DNA from: the human T2T-CHM13v2.0 reference genome, Homo sapiens
Assembly: GCF_009914755.1 (NCBI RefSeq)
Contig: NC_060926.1
Length of the DNA stretch: 64,000 bases
Reading direction: 5' to 3' (one strand)
Shown here: piece after piece, positions 43,262 to 58,132 of the stretch
Layout: the number at the start of each line of letters is the position of its first letter
Position numbering within the stretch: position 1 is the stretch's first letter
Translations under genes and position numbers: made by a program
The notes under the pieces: model-generated
Databases searched by the model: none
What the model saw: the letters and a program-made list of their open reading frames with translations, nothing else
Told to the model about the DNA's origin: nothing

Positions 43262-43525
43262 TATGTATTTCCAACTTCTGAAAACCTCTGGGGTTCCTTG
43301 GCTTGCAGCAACGTAAGTTTAATCTCTGCCTCCATCTTCACATGACTTTTCTGTGTCTCTGTGATCTCTCCTTTCCTTATGAGTAAATTAGTCATTGGAT
43401 TTAGGGCCCACCCTAACACAGTACAACCACCTCCTAACTCAATTAACTGCAAAGACCAGATTTCCAAATAGGTCACAGTCTTAGGTCTCAGATGGTACAA
43501 ATTTGTGATTACATGATTCAATACA
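43262..43525 (-). mobile_element. MaLR LTR fragment (MLT1C-like)
   Basis: gttccttggcttgcagc...tctgcctccatcttcacatg...cattggatttagggcccaccc...ctgcaaagacc. Confidence 0.8.
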
Positions 43526-43783
43526 CTAGTACTATATACTAATATTATATAGAAATACAATTTATTTTTTAATGTCCTAGTGTCTCATGACTTTGCTGAA
43601 GTTATTTATTAGATACAAAATTTGTCTTATACATTTTTAGAGTTTTTATTTTGTACAATCATGTCTGATCATCTGTGAATAAAGGCAGTGTTACATTTTT
43701 CATTTCAATCTGTATCTTTCATTTCTTTTTCTTATCGTTATGCTCTCAAAACAACCTCCAGTACAATATGAAATAAACATAGT

Positions 43784-44160
<377 letters not shown>

Positions 44161-45087
44161 TTAAATGCTTTTATTCAACATATTGATGAAAATGATCATT
44201 TTTTTTTTACTTTGTTAATTAAGTGAACTGCATTGACTGATTCTGGATTGTTAAAACATTTTGTATTATCAAGATAAACTGTACCTTCTTTATTATTTAT
44301 ATTTTTGTGCATCCAATTTGCTGATATTTTATTGAAAATGTCTGTGCCTATGTCCATGAGAAATGTTACTCTCTCATTTTAGTTTACTATAAAGCCTTTG
44401 TTCAGTAGGTACCAGGGTTAGGCTGATCTTATGAAGCAAGTTGAACCGTGTGTTCTATTTTCTGAAAGAGTTGTGTATGACTGGAATTACTTATTCCCTA
44501 AATAATAGAAAAAATTCACCAACGAGACTCTATGAAACTGGAGTTTTCTCTGATAGAAGGTTTTTGATGAGTTCCATTATTTAATAGATTTATTCATATT
44601 TTCATTTATTCTTTGTTTTATTAAGTGTATTTTATAATAATTTGTCAATTTCAACTAGTTTAACCTACAAAAGGAATTCATAATATTCACTTATTTTAAT
44701 TTTATTGTTTGTAGTTTCTGTAAGGATTTCTTTTATTTTCTTCCTGACGTTGGTGATTGATATTCGTAGTGTTTCAACAATTGTATTAATCTTTTCAAGA
44801 ACTAACTTTTGGCTTGTCAAGCCTTTGTTTTTGTGTTTTAATTTTTCTTCTTTTCTGCCGTAATTTTATCATTTCCTTCTTTCTACCATTTATTTGTTTC
44901 ATTTACTTATCTTTTTGTAACTTCTTGAAAACATTCCCTTATAAGTGTTGCTTTAGTTCATAGACTAAATTTTGATATATTGTATTTTCATTCTAATTTA
45001 GTATAAAACATTTCCTATTTTTAACATTTTCTCAAATTTTCCTTTGATTCTTGCGTTACTGAGAAGTATATTATTTCTTGATTCTCA

Positions 45088-48000
45088 GTAGTGTTCCATT
45101 GGTCTATGTAACTGTTTTTATTCCAGTACCATGTTGTTTTGGTTACTATACTCTGTGATATAATTTTAAGTCAGATAATGTGATTCTTCCAGTTTGTTCT
45201 TTTTGCTTATGATAGCTTTGGCTATTTTGGGTCTATTGTGATTCCATATAAATTTTAAGATTATTCTATTTCTGTGAAGAATATCTGGTATTTTGATAGC
45301 GATTACGTTGGCTCTGTAGATTGCTTTGGGAAGTATGGAAAATACTGCCCAATTTTTATTTTTCCAGTCCATGAGCATGAAATCGTTTCATTATTTTTTG
45401 TGTTCTCTAAAATTTCTTGCACCAATGTTTTATAGTTTTCATTATAGAGCTCTTGCCCTACTTTGGTTAATTCCTAGGCACTTAATTTCATTTGTAGCTC
45501 TTGTAAAGGGGATTACTGTCTTGATTATTTTTTCAGATTGTTCACTGTTGGCATATAGAAATACTTCTGATTTTTGTATGTTGATTTTATATCCTACAAC
45601 TTTACTGAATTTTTAAAATCATTACTAATAGTTCTTTTGGTGGAGTCTTTAGGTTTTCCAAATATAGTATCGTATCATCTGCAAACAAAAAAAAATTTGA
45701 CTTCTTCCTTTCCAATTTGGATGCCCTTTATTTCTTTCTCTTATGTGATTGCTGTAGCGAAGAGTTCCAGGACTATGTTAAATAACAATGGTGAAAGTGG
45801 GCATTCTTGTCTTGTTCCAGATCTTAGAGAAAAGGCTTTCATTGTTGCCCATTTAGTATGATACTAGCTGTGAGTCTGTTATATGTGGCCCTTTTTGTAT
45901 TGAGTTATCTTCCTCCTAAACTCAGTATATAAGGGTTTTTTTAAGAAGAAATGTTGAATTTTTATCAAATGCTATTTCAGCACTAGTTGAAATGATCATA
46001 TGGTTTTTATCATTCACTCTGTTGATATAATGTGTAACTATGATTTGATTTGTACAACAGGTCTAGTGTTGTTGAAATCCCTTAGCATTTGTTCATCTCA
46101 GGAAGTATTTCTCCTTCATGTTTGAAGAACAATTTTGGTGAATATTCTATGCTAGGATAAAAGATTTCCTCCTTTAGCACTTTAAATATGTCATACCACT
46201 CTCTGCTGGCCTGTAAGGTTTTCACCATGAAGTCTGCTGCTAGATATATTGAAGCTTCATTGTATATTTTTTTTTCCTCTTGTTACTTTTAGAATCCTTT
46301 CTTTCTCCTTGACATTTGGGAGTCTGATTATTACATGCCTTCAGGTAGTGTTTTTTGTATTATATTTGCTTATCCTTCTATAACCTTCTTGTACTTGAAT
46401 ATTGATATATTTCTCTAGGTTTGGGCAGTTCTCTGTTATTACCTACTTGAATTATTTTTCTACCACTATGTCTCTTTATAACTCCTTTTTAACGTTCTTA
46501 GATTTGCCCTTTTGTGGCTATTTTCCAGAACTTGAAGGCATGCTTCATTTTTTTTAATTCTTTTGTCTTTTGCCTCCTCTGTCTGTGTGTTTTCAAATAG
46601 CTTGTCTTCAAACTCACTAATTCTTTCTTCTGCTTGATCAATTCTCTTGCTAAGAGACTCTGATGCATATTTCAATATGTCACGTGCATTTTTAATCTTC
46701 AGAATTTCTGCTTGAATCTTTTTAATTATCTCAATCTCTCTGTTAAATTTATCCAATAGGATTCTGTATTTCTTGTTTATGCTGTCTTGAATTTTATTGA
46801 GTTTCCTCCAAACAGAGTCACCGTTTTGAACATCAGAGCACCGATGTTTATTTAAGACCCAAAGGCTCCTAAGTCAGCTTGTGGTTATAGTTGTCAGTCC
46901 AGAATCACTCCCTCCAGGCCAGTGGGCTCTCCTGTTGTCCAGGTTGGGTGTAAAAATGCCATACAGGAGTCAAGGCCTGGAATAGGGGACCCCGGAAACC
47001 CACTTGGTGATCTACCTCACTGTGGCCGAGTTGTACCCAGGATGCATGACAAGGTCCTCATTTACTCTTCCTTCTCCTTTTCTCAAGCAGAAGGAGTCTC
47101 TCCCCATAGGCACCATAGCTAAGAATGTGCTGAGTCACGCCTGAAGCCAGCACCGCTCTGATTCTCACCCCAGGCCCACCGTGAGTACTGCCTGGCTACT
47201 ACTGCTGATTATTCGTGATCCAAGGGCTTTTTAGTCAGCAAGTAATGTGCCCTGCCAAGGTCACAGGATCCTTGGGGTGTTGCTTTTCTGGCCAAAAACC
47301 TCTGGGCCAGTGGTACCTCTGCCTGAGTTTTGCTCGGGCTGGCTGGCTTGTTCCACCTACTTGGCCAAGAAGGCTGTACTCAGCTCATGCCACTAGCCTG
47401 GATCCCATGCCTGCCAAGGGCAAGCCAACCACAGAGTGGTGAAGGGTGTATGAGTGAGTGAGCGTGCAGTCTGGCAACTGTGCACAGCCAGGCACTCTGG
47501 CTGTGGTAGGGTGGGCAGCTCCAGGTTCCAGCATGGGCACTGGCTTCCTGCTAGGCTGCAGTTGGACCAGGAGTACCGCAAGCAACTTCCACAGCTGGCA
47601 CTGGGGAATGTTGTTGTGCCTGGACCATAAGCTTGGAGATGCCAGGAACCACAGAGCCTCAAAGAAAGTGACATAGCTCTGGCTTGGGGAGCTCCTAGGT
47701 CTGGGCTTCCCAAAGAGCTCCAGCTCTTCTCTCCTTCTTTCTTCTCTCCTTCTCTCTTCTCTCCTTCTTGTTGCCCGCAACATGGTGAGCAAGGGGCATG
47801 TTTCAGTCCTGTCAGTTACTGCTCTTTCAACCCTGCCATTCAGCGGGTCCCAAGTTCTTGTCCCACATCCAAGAAAATGAGGTACATGGACAAGTGGAGG
47901 GTGAGCAAGGTGAAGAGGAGCTTTACTGAGTGACAGAACGGCTCCGAGGAGACCTGCAGTGGGTAGCTCTTCTCCACAGGCAGGTGTCCTGACAAGAGTT

Positions 48001-49659
48001 CAGCTCTCAGCAGAGAGGAGACACACAGTGGGTAGCTCCTCTCTGTAGGCAGGTTATTGGGTCATCTGCCTGAGTCTGGCGCAGTTTGGGGTTTTTATGG
48101 GCTTCACAGGGGAGGAAGTGTGTGCTGATTCGTCCATGGATGGCTGTGAGTGGGCCCAGAAAAAGCACCATAAGTTCTCATTCTGCTCAGCGGAACTGGC
48201 AGCCCAGCCTCCAGGTCTAAGGCCGTCCCTGGCCTGAAGGTGGGATTTCGCCGGGGACCTGCCCCTTTCTGCCCAGGAACCTGTCTGCCTCCTGCCACAA
48301 TTAACCTGCCATCCATGGTGCCCATGGCATCCAGGCTTGCCTGCAGGCCTGCGCCAAGCCACCCTTAGCCTCCCTTCAGCCTCCCTCGCTTGCCTGTTAG
48401 TGCCCAAAGTCTGGAGGAGGCTGAGGTGGCAGGGAGCTGGCATGTCAGCACTGCCTCGAGCACATGCACACCCAGCCAGGTCATGATAGTGCCTGAGCAC
48501 AGCCACAACTTCGCTCTGAAATGTGAGCAGGTGCTGGGAGCAGGGAGAGGCCAGGCAGTGGGAGCAGGCACTTCTGAGCCAGGGGTGGCTTTCCGGGCCG
48601 CCGAGAGTGTAGAGATGCCAAGGTTTGCAGAGGTGGCTGGGTGGCTACAGCTGTGCCTGGAAGGGAGGAGCTCTTGCCCCTCCAACTTGGCAGGGGCGGG
48701 GTTTCTTCCTGTTCCTGGCTCCCACTGACACCATGGAGCATGCAGCTTTGGCTGCGCCTCCCCAACTGCACCCAGCGTCAAGGGCAACGGCCGCTCCAGA
48801 TGGGCCACCGCTGCCATCACCGGGACTGCGTTCTTTCCTTCAAGACAGGGGGTTCCCTTCTGACCAAGGGTGTCTCCACAAATATTGCCTGGGAGCTAGG
48901 GCCTAGATTAGAGACTTTAGGATGCTGCCTTGTGTCCTATACTATAGTGGCTGAGTTGCTATCCAAATTGTGAGACAAATTATTCTTTACTTTTCATTCT
49001 CCTCTCCTCAGACAGAGGGAAAGGGTCTCTTCCAGAGCTGTGAGCTGCACTGCCTGATGTTGGGAGAGGAGCAATGCAAGCACTCCTTTGGCCACTCTAG
49101 CTGGCAACTCACTAAGTTGTGTGTCCCCAGCACAGAACTAGTACTCACCCAGTAATTCTAGTCCTGTGGCCTGGACTGCCTTTCATGTTTATTTAAGACC
49201 CCAGAGCCCTTTAGCCTGCAGTGGTGGGGATTACTGGAGATAAGGTCCCGACCACTGGTACGGGTGATTTTCCTCTGGCAAGGGCTGTTCTAAGTGCTCC
49301 CTCTGTGGGCAGTGGCTGAGTTTTGCCCTCTTTTGCTTTCCACTATAACAGAACCACACTGAGTTCCAATGCAAAGTCCCACAATCACTGTGCTCTTTCT
49401 CTCCCAAGTGCACAGTCTCTCTCTGTGCCATGCAGCCACTAACAGAACATGCAAGTATGGTATCAATGATTCAAGACTGTTTCTTCTATTCTCTTCAATA
49501 CGTCTTTCCTTAATATGATTAAAGCCAGCTACTGTGATTACTCACTTGATCATTGGTTCTTATGAAGGTGTTTTTTGTGTGGATAGTTGTTCAGGTTGGT
49601 ATTCCTACAGCAAGGATGATTGCCGGAGGCTTCTATTTAGCCATCTTGCTCTACCTCCA
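45088..49659 (-). mobile_element. L1MA-type element with intact 5' end, internal deletions, no 3' end; split by MER52
   Basis: 5' end ggaggtagagcaagatgg at ~49659; ORF1p (ORF 46466-46756); ORF2 RT region 45088-46050. Confidence 0.9.
47259..48819 (-). mobile_element. MER52-type solo LTR (~1.56 kb, GC-rich)
   Basis: Starts tgatggcagcggtggcccatctggagcggccg on the minus strand and ends ...ggatcctgtgac; the L1 5'UTR resumes on both sides. Confidence 0.88.
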
Positions 49660-49906
49660 TCTTTCATCTCTTTAAAGATACCATTACATTGTCTTCCTTC
49701 CTCCATTATTTTCAAAAGACAGGTTTTCAAGACACCCATTTCTCTCTTTCTCTCTCTCTCTGTCTCTCTGTTTTTATCAACTTGACTATGATATGTTGAG
49801 GTGTTTTCTTCTTCTTTTATTCTGCTTAAGATTTGCTGACTACTCAGATTTGTATGTTGCCTTTGTTTTTTACCAAATTTAGGAAAGTTTTAGACACTGT
49901 TTCTTT

Positions 49907-50224
<318 letters not shown>

Positions 50225-52029
50225 TAGACACTGTTTCTTTAAATAAATCCTTTGAGCTCATTATCTCTTTTCTTTCTTCATAGTTTCCAATTATAGTTAT
50301 GTTTTACAAATTGATAATGGCTGACACATTTCAGAGGTTCTATTTACTTTTTCAACCTTTTCACACTTCTTATGCATATTACATAATTTCTATTTATCTA
50401 GTTTATTGACTCATTGTTTTGTCCATACTGGCCATTTTATTTAAGATACTCTACAGTTCTGCAATTTTTATGTGCTTCTCTTTTATAATTATCTTTTGCT
50501 CTCTTGACATTTTATGAGCTCTTTAAGATTAAGTGCTTTCATATTTTTTAACTCCAGAAAATTTACCTTGCATTTATTAAAATATTTCTTCCTGTGAATT
50601 TTTAAATACAATTTCTCACTTTCTGGGAATATTATCATCTTTTACATTGTCACTATTTTTACTTCCATGTTTCCTTCTAGAACAGTTCCTTGATCTTATC
50701 TTTTACTATTAATTCAGGTACATATGCCTCTCTATTCACTATATCTACTTTATTTATTATTTCTAATATTACATTTTGCATTAAAGTATTTCTACTTGAC
50801 CATTTTTGTTTTATATTTCAATAATTTTCTATTTTCTTATCATAATAATTATTATTTATTATGCTTATTTTTAGCTTTTGATCTATATGTGCTGAGATTT
50901 ATTCTTCCAATACTCCTTCCCTCTCCTTCCCACCTTCAAACAATTAGAGAGAATCAGCATCAGAGAAAAGGAATTATTCTTGGGTTTAAACGTACAAGCT
51001 GTGGTGGTTTAGAGCAGGATAAGGCATATTCAGTACTAATTATTCACCCAAAGTGAGTGATTTTTCCAAAAATTTTTGCAATTAAACAGGTTTCTGCAGT
51101 AACATTGAAAGGGAAAATGTCCCATGGCATATTGGAGAGAAAAAATAATTCATCTTAAACAGTTTTTCTGCAATTTATGGTCCCACCCCTTACCCAGAAA
51201 CATTCTGCACTGGACCAGAATATTTAACCTCTAGTTCAAAAAAGCTTTCTTTCCATAGAAAATTTTTTGTCAGTAAAGATGTTACTTTCTGAAGTCTACG
51301 TTTCTTCATGTAATTTCTTTAGGGTTAATTTTGGGTGAAGAAAATAGTCATTTATTCTCATTCTTCTTCTTGAGACGTATCATATATCTTTCTTCACATA
51401 TATTTGCACTAAAACTAGCACATTTCCTTCAATATACTAGATATATAATATGTGCTTTTGAGTGAGTGAATAGAGTCTTACCTCCTTTTGATCTTGTTTC
51501 TCAGGGGATTTAGCTTCTTGAGATTTGTGATATTCTTTCTTTGGTATGGCTACTCTACTTTTTCTGTGTCAATTCAAGTTTCCCTCAAGTATACTACAAA
51601 GTTTCTAAGCCAGGTTCCATAAATTTTACATATATTATGCCTCCCTCACTGCTTTTACAGTACAAAATTTATTATTCTTATTCCCTTGGGCTCATATAGG
51701 GGAACAAATGACTTTAGCTAGAGAAAATGCGATTTTAATCGATTAGGTAAATCAATTGCTTACATTGAGTCTTGTGACAGAGTAAAATTTATATCTATTG
51801 TTAATTACTGAAAATTGCATTTAGGAACAAGGAATAAAATACAGATTTTTTGTCTTTGTGTATGCATGTAGGCGGAGCAAATAATTGATGAAAACAAGGC
51901 TCACATAACAGGAACTTCTTTAAAATTAAATTATAGAAGAATAGTTACCTCTAATATATTCACAGCTAAGAGTATCAAAAACTATTTTTATTCTTAATTC
52001 TAAAATATCCATAAAAATATGTAAACACT

Positions 52030-52620
52030 ATATAAATAATTTTTAAAACACCCATGTGCCCCTTAGACAAGTAAAAATATAGAAAATTTTCTTAGACACT
52101 TCCTGTATTATTCTTCCCAATCTCGTCCCTTTACCTATCCCACTCTGTATTAACCAGTAGCCTAACTTCACTGTCAATTATTTCCTTGCTTTGCTTTCTC
52201 ATTTTCCATCTATATATGCAGCTATAAACAATATATTCTTGAATTTTACCTGCTCATAAAATTTAAATAAATGAAATTATAAAAGTATTCTTACATGAGT
52301 GACATATTTAACTTACTATTATATTTTAAATTTATATTCATGCAAGTAGTTGCAGTTTTGTTTTGTTTTTCCTGAAGTAGACTATTTCCTTTTATGAGTA
52401 TATTATTTAATGATCTTATCTACTATTTATGGCTATTTAGTTACTGCTCTTTTGCTAACATAAACAGTGATACTACATATATCTCTCTTTCTGTCTCCTG
52501 TACAAACACAAGCATTTCTTTTGGGAGGGCTCCTGGGATATAAGCATCTGCATGCTCTATTTTACTAGGAAGTGCTAACATTGAAACAATTATTTCATGA
52601 ATTTTTGTATTCACCTTATA
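52030..52620 (-). mobile_element. L1ME 3' remnant
   Basis: Degenerate antisense 3'UTR/ORF2 end (ttttgctaacataaacagtgatact). Confidence 0.5.
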
Positions 52621-53530
52621 TTTCCCAAGCCATCTCAGCTGTCTTTATAGCTGTTAGTATTATTAGTTTAGAATAAATCAAGTAAGTCATTAAAATAGAA
52701 TTCACTTCTTATCATTCTTTATCACTTACGCTATCTCCAAATCAAAGTTCTGTCAGGGAGAAGTGCTGCATAATTAGACAAGATTCTAAAAATAACACAT
52801 GGCTAATTTGGTCATTTTGGCATTGTTTGTAACAGATGTCTCATATGTTGCACTGCCCAATTTATTTAGCTATAGCAATTGATTCTGATAACAGACAGCT
52901 AAATTAGATTCCCACATATGTTTAAAATCTTCCGTCACATTTCTCTTCTATGGACACATAGGCATTTGGTCTCTATAAAGAACACAATAAACTTTTTATA
53001 TTTGTACAAAACCATAATTTTGTTTAGGAATCTGCACACTGAGGGAAGATCTCTGCCAGCAAAGATATTTTTCACCTAGAAGTCTTTCGTTTGCAGGGAA
53101 AGAGATTATGAGGGAGATGAAATTATCCTCACAGATGAATTAAGACATCTATAAATTTAGCTTTCTGTCTCCTCTTACTACATTGCATCCCCAAAGTGTG
53201 TTTCTCTGAATATTATCTGTATAGGATATTCATACTATACTTCCTTTATCACAGAACTCATTTAACTTAAAGATTCACTATCAGATTAATAACATTTTCA
53301 AGGGTAGCACAAAAATGTCGTTAAATGTACACACATATTAACTACCCCCAAATTGCATATTTTATCTATATAATTATATATTACTTTTTCTTCCATAATA
53401 AAATTAAAGCTTCCATTTAAGCATTGCTTACACTCAGAGTCTAAAGATTCTGCCATTCTACATTTGGCCATCAGTAGCTTATCAAAATATACAAGATATG
53501 AATATGTGCATAAATAAGAATTCTTTGTTA

Positions 53531-53749
53531 CTGTGGTCAGCAAAATACAGGCTGTTGGCCAAATCTGACGTATGACCTCTTTTTGTAAAGTTTTATTGGA
53601 ACATAGCCAGAACCATTCATTACCATATTGCCTATGGCTGCTTTTGAATTTTAATGCAAATTTTAAAGTTAAGGCAGAGATCATATAGTCCTCAAAGCCT
53701 AAAATATTTACTATCTGTTCCATTACAGAAAAAAAGTTTGCTGATGCCT
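53531..53749 (+). mobile_element. MER58A hAT-Charlie MITE
   Basis: ggtcagcaaa...aaagttttattggaacatagcc...aaagcctaaaatatttactatctg...aaaagtttgctga; inverted ends. Confidence 0.85.
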
Positions 53750-54760
53750 ACACTAGTACATCAGGATTGACTATAATTTCAAAGAATACGGAAAGAAAGA
53801 AACAAAAGAAAGTGAAATACAACTGTTTCTAAATTTTTTTTCTTAGTGTTCTTGCTTCCTTTTATCTTTCGTCTTAATTTAGTTATGTATTTCTGGATGT
53901 TTAACTTCCCTTTCTAGAGGTTAGCAAGGTGATTTTGACTCTTTGATGTTTGGTATCTAATCAATAATTAGTCTCACCATTTTAATAGTCACTTGACCTG
54001 TTCAAGTATTCTGATTACTTTTCTAAGTATATGATAGATTATAGGATTATCTTAAATTATAATAGAAGATATATGAAAATTTAGAAAATAAATGGCCAGT
54101 TTTCAACTAGTATTAAAAAACAATAGAAGAAAATATATAAATATAGGAATTTGCAGAGTAACAGAAAACACCTTTAAGCAATAAGTCAAATAAGTCAAAT
54201 GGATTTTGGCCTCAGAGCAAAACTAGATAAAATTAGAAATGTCACAGCCATTGTTAAAACTGCTGAGTGAGTTTAAGTGTTTTCAACATAATCCTGTGAA
54301 TTTGACAAAATTATCCATAGAAGACTGACTAAGTGTCTAACTGTGTCATGTAATCTTGATGGGTGAGAAATGTTACCTCTGGTAAGAAGATTTGGGAGTC
54401 TGTACACATTTCACAATGTTCTATTTTCCTTAACACAGTAACAAGAGAAGCAAGTGTCAAAATTGAGTCTGCAACATCCTGAGTTCCTAAATGACTACAT
54501 GTGCTGATCCATAGGCACACGTAGGATAACACTGGTGAACATTATTGTGTTAAGCCATTTAGATTTTGGATTTTCTTTTTTCCATCAACATAAACATAGC
54601 CTACCTTTACTCCAACCATTACCAATCTCATTTTATTGTATAAACTATGATATTTGATGACTCCTAATGCCTTTAATCATATACAAGAAAAGTGACAGGT
54701 GGTTTGTAAATATTAAAATTTTATTTGAATATTGAATCATAGCATAATATTTTAAAGAAA

Positions 54761-55322
54761 TGTTAAATAGCAATTATCAATCCTCTTCAGACCTAGACTC
54801 CCAGGAACACATGTGAAGTTACCCAAATTGGTTTATTAGTCATTGCCGTGAGGAGGACACACAAGGGGAACTGTAATGTCTCAGTAAAAAGGTGTTTAAA
54901 AAGCTATTATAGTATTTAGAATTGTTAAGTGATTTGAGGGCGGGTGTAGAGAAATTTGCTGTAGATTGGATGCTGTCAGAAAGTAGTAGCAATCTATGAT
55001 GGGTTATCTCAATAAATCCTACCTAGACAAAGGGGAGATTAGAAAAAGGATAAGGTTTTACTTGGAAAATGAGTAGTAATTTCTCCTTTCAGCTAAGAGA
55101 GGGGTGTTTGGTATTGTGTGGGAGACAGAGTAAATGTGTCTTTGACTATGCATACAGAAGATTATGAAGTGGTCCTTTTTTTTTCTCATTTTATCTTGGT
55201 CCCATAGTAACCTTGTCTGAGATTGGTATTTTGTGAAACTATTTATATCTTAAGAGAATATCATGGCCTACTCTGAGTGCAAGGCCAAATTCGAAATTTA
55301 CATAACTCTTTTTCCTTTCTCA
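54761..55322 (-). mobile_element. Solo ERV1 LTR (MER34-like, tentative)
   Basis: tgtt...tctca ends; AATAAA on the minus strand (tttatt ~54832); ~560 bp. Confidence 0.55.
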
Positions 55323-56154
55323 ACTTAAAAATGCAAATTTAAATTTGAAAAACCATCCTGTGACGTATCACCAAAAAAATAACACAACCATAGTTCTAAT
55401 AGGGTAGAAAAAATGTTTATATTAAGATATGGCTTATGTGGACATAAGTACAGGTAAAGATATTTACAATATACTGTTTTCCATGCAACAGTGTAAGGTT
55501 TTCTCTTGATATTGGTAACGATATCTAAACTCCAGAAAAATATATAGTGTTTATATCATAGAATAAATAAAATATGGTATGTGTTAACGGATAACCCATA
55601 ACCTGCATAATGGTTGGAATGGCGTTAATAAGGCATTGGGAATGCTGTTGTTGATACTCCTTGTGAGAATTCCTGTGTTAAGTGCTGGGAAGATAGTTGG
55701 GTCCTGAGCCACTTGGCCTTGGTCCCTGCTATCACTATTATGATGAAAGATATATTAGCTTTCTTTTTTTTTTCCAGATAAATGTAAAAAGGACAAATAA
55801 AATAAAATCTATCAAACAGCTAATTTAAACTTTTGGTATACAGTGGTGTCAAAATTACCGTGATTATTAAAAATCATGGACTTTTAAACATTTTTTTAAA
55901 TTGTATTTTGGGTAGTCCTACTCTATAATTCTAATTTTTTGACATTATTTCTATTTCAACATTCAGGTCTATACTCACATATTTACTTTTCTTCTTTTGG
56001 AAATTTTATTTAAAGGATAATAAGGATAAAAATAAAACCAAAATTACAAAGATAAAGGCAATATGAAGAGAACTTTCAGTGGACAAATAGTTTGATAATT
56101 TTCTGGATGGTAGAAAGTAGATAGAAGGAACTAGAATATCTTAGGGATCAGAAT

Positions 56155-56363
56155 TAGGGCTGCCAGATAAAATACAAGAATCCCACTTAAATTTAAATTT
56201 TATACTAGTAAAACCTTTTTAGTATAATATCTCAAATATTTTATGGGGTATAGCTTATCATAAAAAAGTAGTGTAAGTTTGTTTCTTGCAATATATGGTG
56301 TCTTTATTTTAAATTTTATGTATTTACTTCTTTATTTATACCTTTATTTATCTGACGGTCCTA
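56155..56363. mobile_element. MER53 palindromic hAT MITE
   Basis: tagggctgccagataaaataca...tttatctgacggtccta terminal inverted repeats; degenerate internal palindrome. Confidence 0.8.
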
Positions 56364-58132
56364 GTCCAAAGAAAACTACTATTCTGAGAGATATTTGTGA
56401 AGATTGTTAATTCATAAATTTCAAATAAGATGGCATTAAAAAAATAACAGTCACAGAATAAGAAAGAAATCTCAGATATGTAATTGCTGAAATATAGAGA
56501 TAAATAGTATAGAAGTGAATATGAAAAGTAATTCCTTCAGAACATGACATAGACATGGCAAATATGAGGAAAAAAATGAAGGCCCAGTGCAAGGGTTGGC
56601 TCACTCTGACCTATAGGCTAATGCTGCTGACTGCTTGTTTTCATTTGCCCTGCAGACACCACTCAGGTGGATTAGTACTGTGAGTCCCAGAAACTCAGGC
56701 AGGGCATCCCAATTTGTATGTTCCTTCTCCACTCCTGCCTGCCTTTCCAGGTGACAGCCTGGAGTGCTCAAGCTCTGGACTGGTTACCACCTCTATGTGG
56801 GAAACTGCAGTTAGCAATTACTAGGCATCAAGAAGTGAAATCTTGGTTGAGTAATCAGGGACTCAGAAAATTTTCTCACCTCTAGATTCTGTCCTAGTTG
56901 TGAAAACTGGGCTCTCCTGAGAGAGAGGAGGGCACATCTGGACTAGGGTGTCATTGAGTCAGTGAATCAAACTGAACAGGGTGGCTCTTGGCCCCACATC
57001 TCACCCACCTCATCCACACATTCCTCTTTCTTTGGATGGTGGCTCTATGTTCTTCACATCAAAATGTCTCCAGATTCCAGCAACTGGGTGCAAAGTATGC
57101 CTGCCACTTGTGGAGTCCATCCCAGGCAAGTAAGAGTGGGTAAAGCAGAGTTTCTTTCCGTTAAGTAAGCACCTACATAATATCCTTGATGTTGCCACTT
57201 CACTAGTAAAAACCACAGCCAAGAATAATGAAAAAAATTAAAACATTTTTACACATGCCAGAACACATTTTTATTTTAAGAAGTTACTTAGAGATGTAAA
57301 CTAAGGAAGAAGACATAATAGGAAAGCAGCAAAAAATATATCTCAGTATTGTAGTGGAGAAAGAATTATCCATGGATGATAAATCTGCCACATTCTATGC
57401 TCCATAAAGTCTGGATTTGGTAGGGATGGAGGACTCTGAGAGTTTTATGTGAAAGAAAAATAATATTCCTTAAAAATTAGTACAATTGAGAGTTTGGAAA
57501 TATGCTGGAATTTATTAGGGGATTATAAAAGAATATAAATTTATTTGAACTTGACATTTGGCTCACTTTACATTGAATAAGAGTGTTTGAACTGTGGATA
57601 AGTCAATGAAATCTTAACACACTGCTGCTGTGGCAAAGAAAAATATTTATATATCAATATAATTTGGCATTGTTTCTTTTCTAACTTTCATAATCATGCA
57701 TTAGTAAATCACAGAAGAATGAATTATAGCTATGAAACAAAATAGAGTTCCTTATACTATAAGGCTTTCTATGAAGAGAGAGATTAATTAAATGAGCTGA
57801 ATTTAGAACAGCCAACTAGAAGCCTAAAAACTAACACAGACTTAAAAAGACAGAAGCTTCACACAAATTCCTCAATGAAAGGAGAGGCTGCTTCATTTCT
57901 AGTATCTGAGTGAGTCAAAGAAGGGGTATGAAAAGGTTTGGAGAGTGGAGTGTTTGATGCTACATTATCAGTATCTATAAATTTTATTAATATTAAACAC
58001 AATAACCTCTTGCTTTCAAGTGCAACAATTTGAAAAAATGTCTTATTGGTACTTTTAGAAAAGGACATAACATGATAACAGCAACAGAGATTTTATTTAC
58101 TGATTGGTTACTATGTTAAAAAATGTATAGTT

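Noticed and set aside
47215-48973. Dense overlapping ORFs of 70-151 aa on both strands
   Set aside because: They lie within the GC-rich MER52 LTR, where stop codons are rare; no recognisable domain.
51477-51600. Minus-strand exon candidate (GAG|GTAAGA donor; KSRVAIPKKEYHKSQEAKSPEKQDQKE)
   Set aside because: The acceptor lacks a pyrimidine tract, the alternative acceptor gives stops in all frames, and no partner exons are evident.
53298-53723. 141-aa ORF on the minus strand
   Set aside because: Half of it is MER58 sequence; no protein similarity or splice support that I can see.
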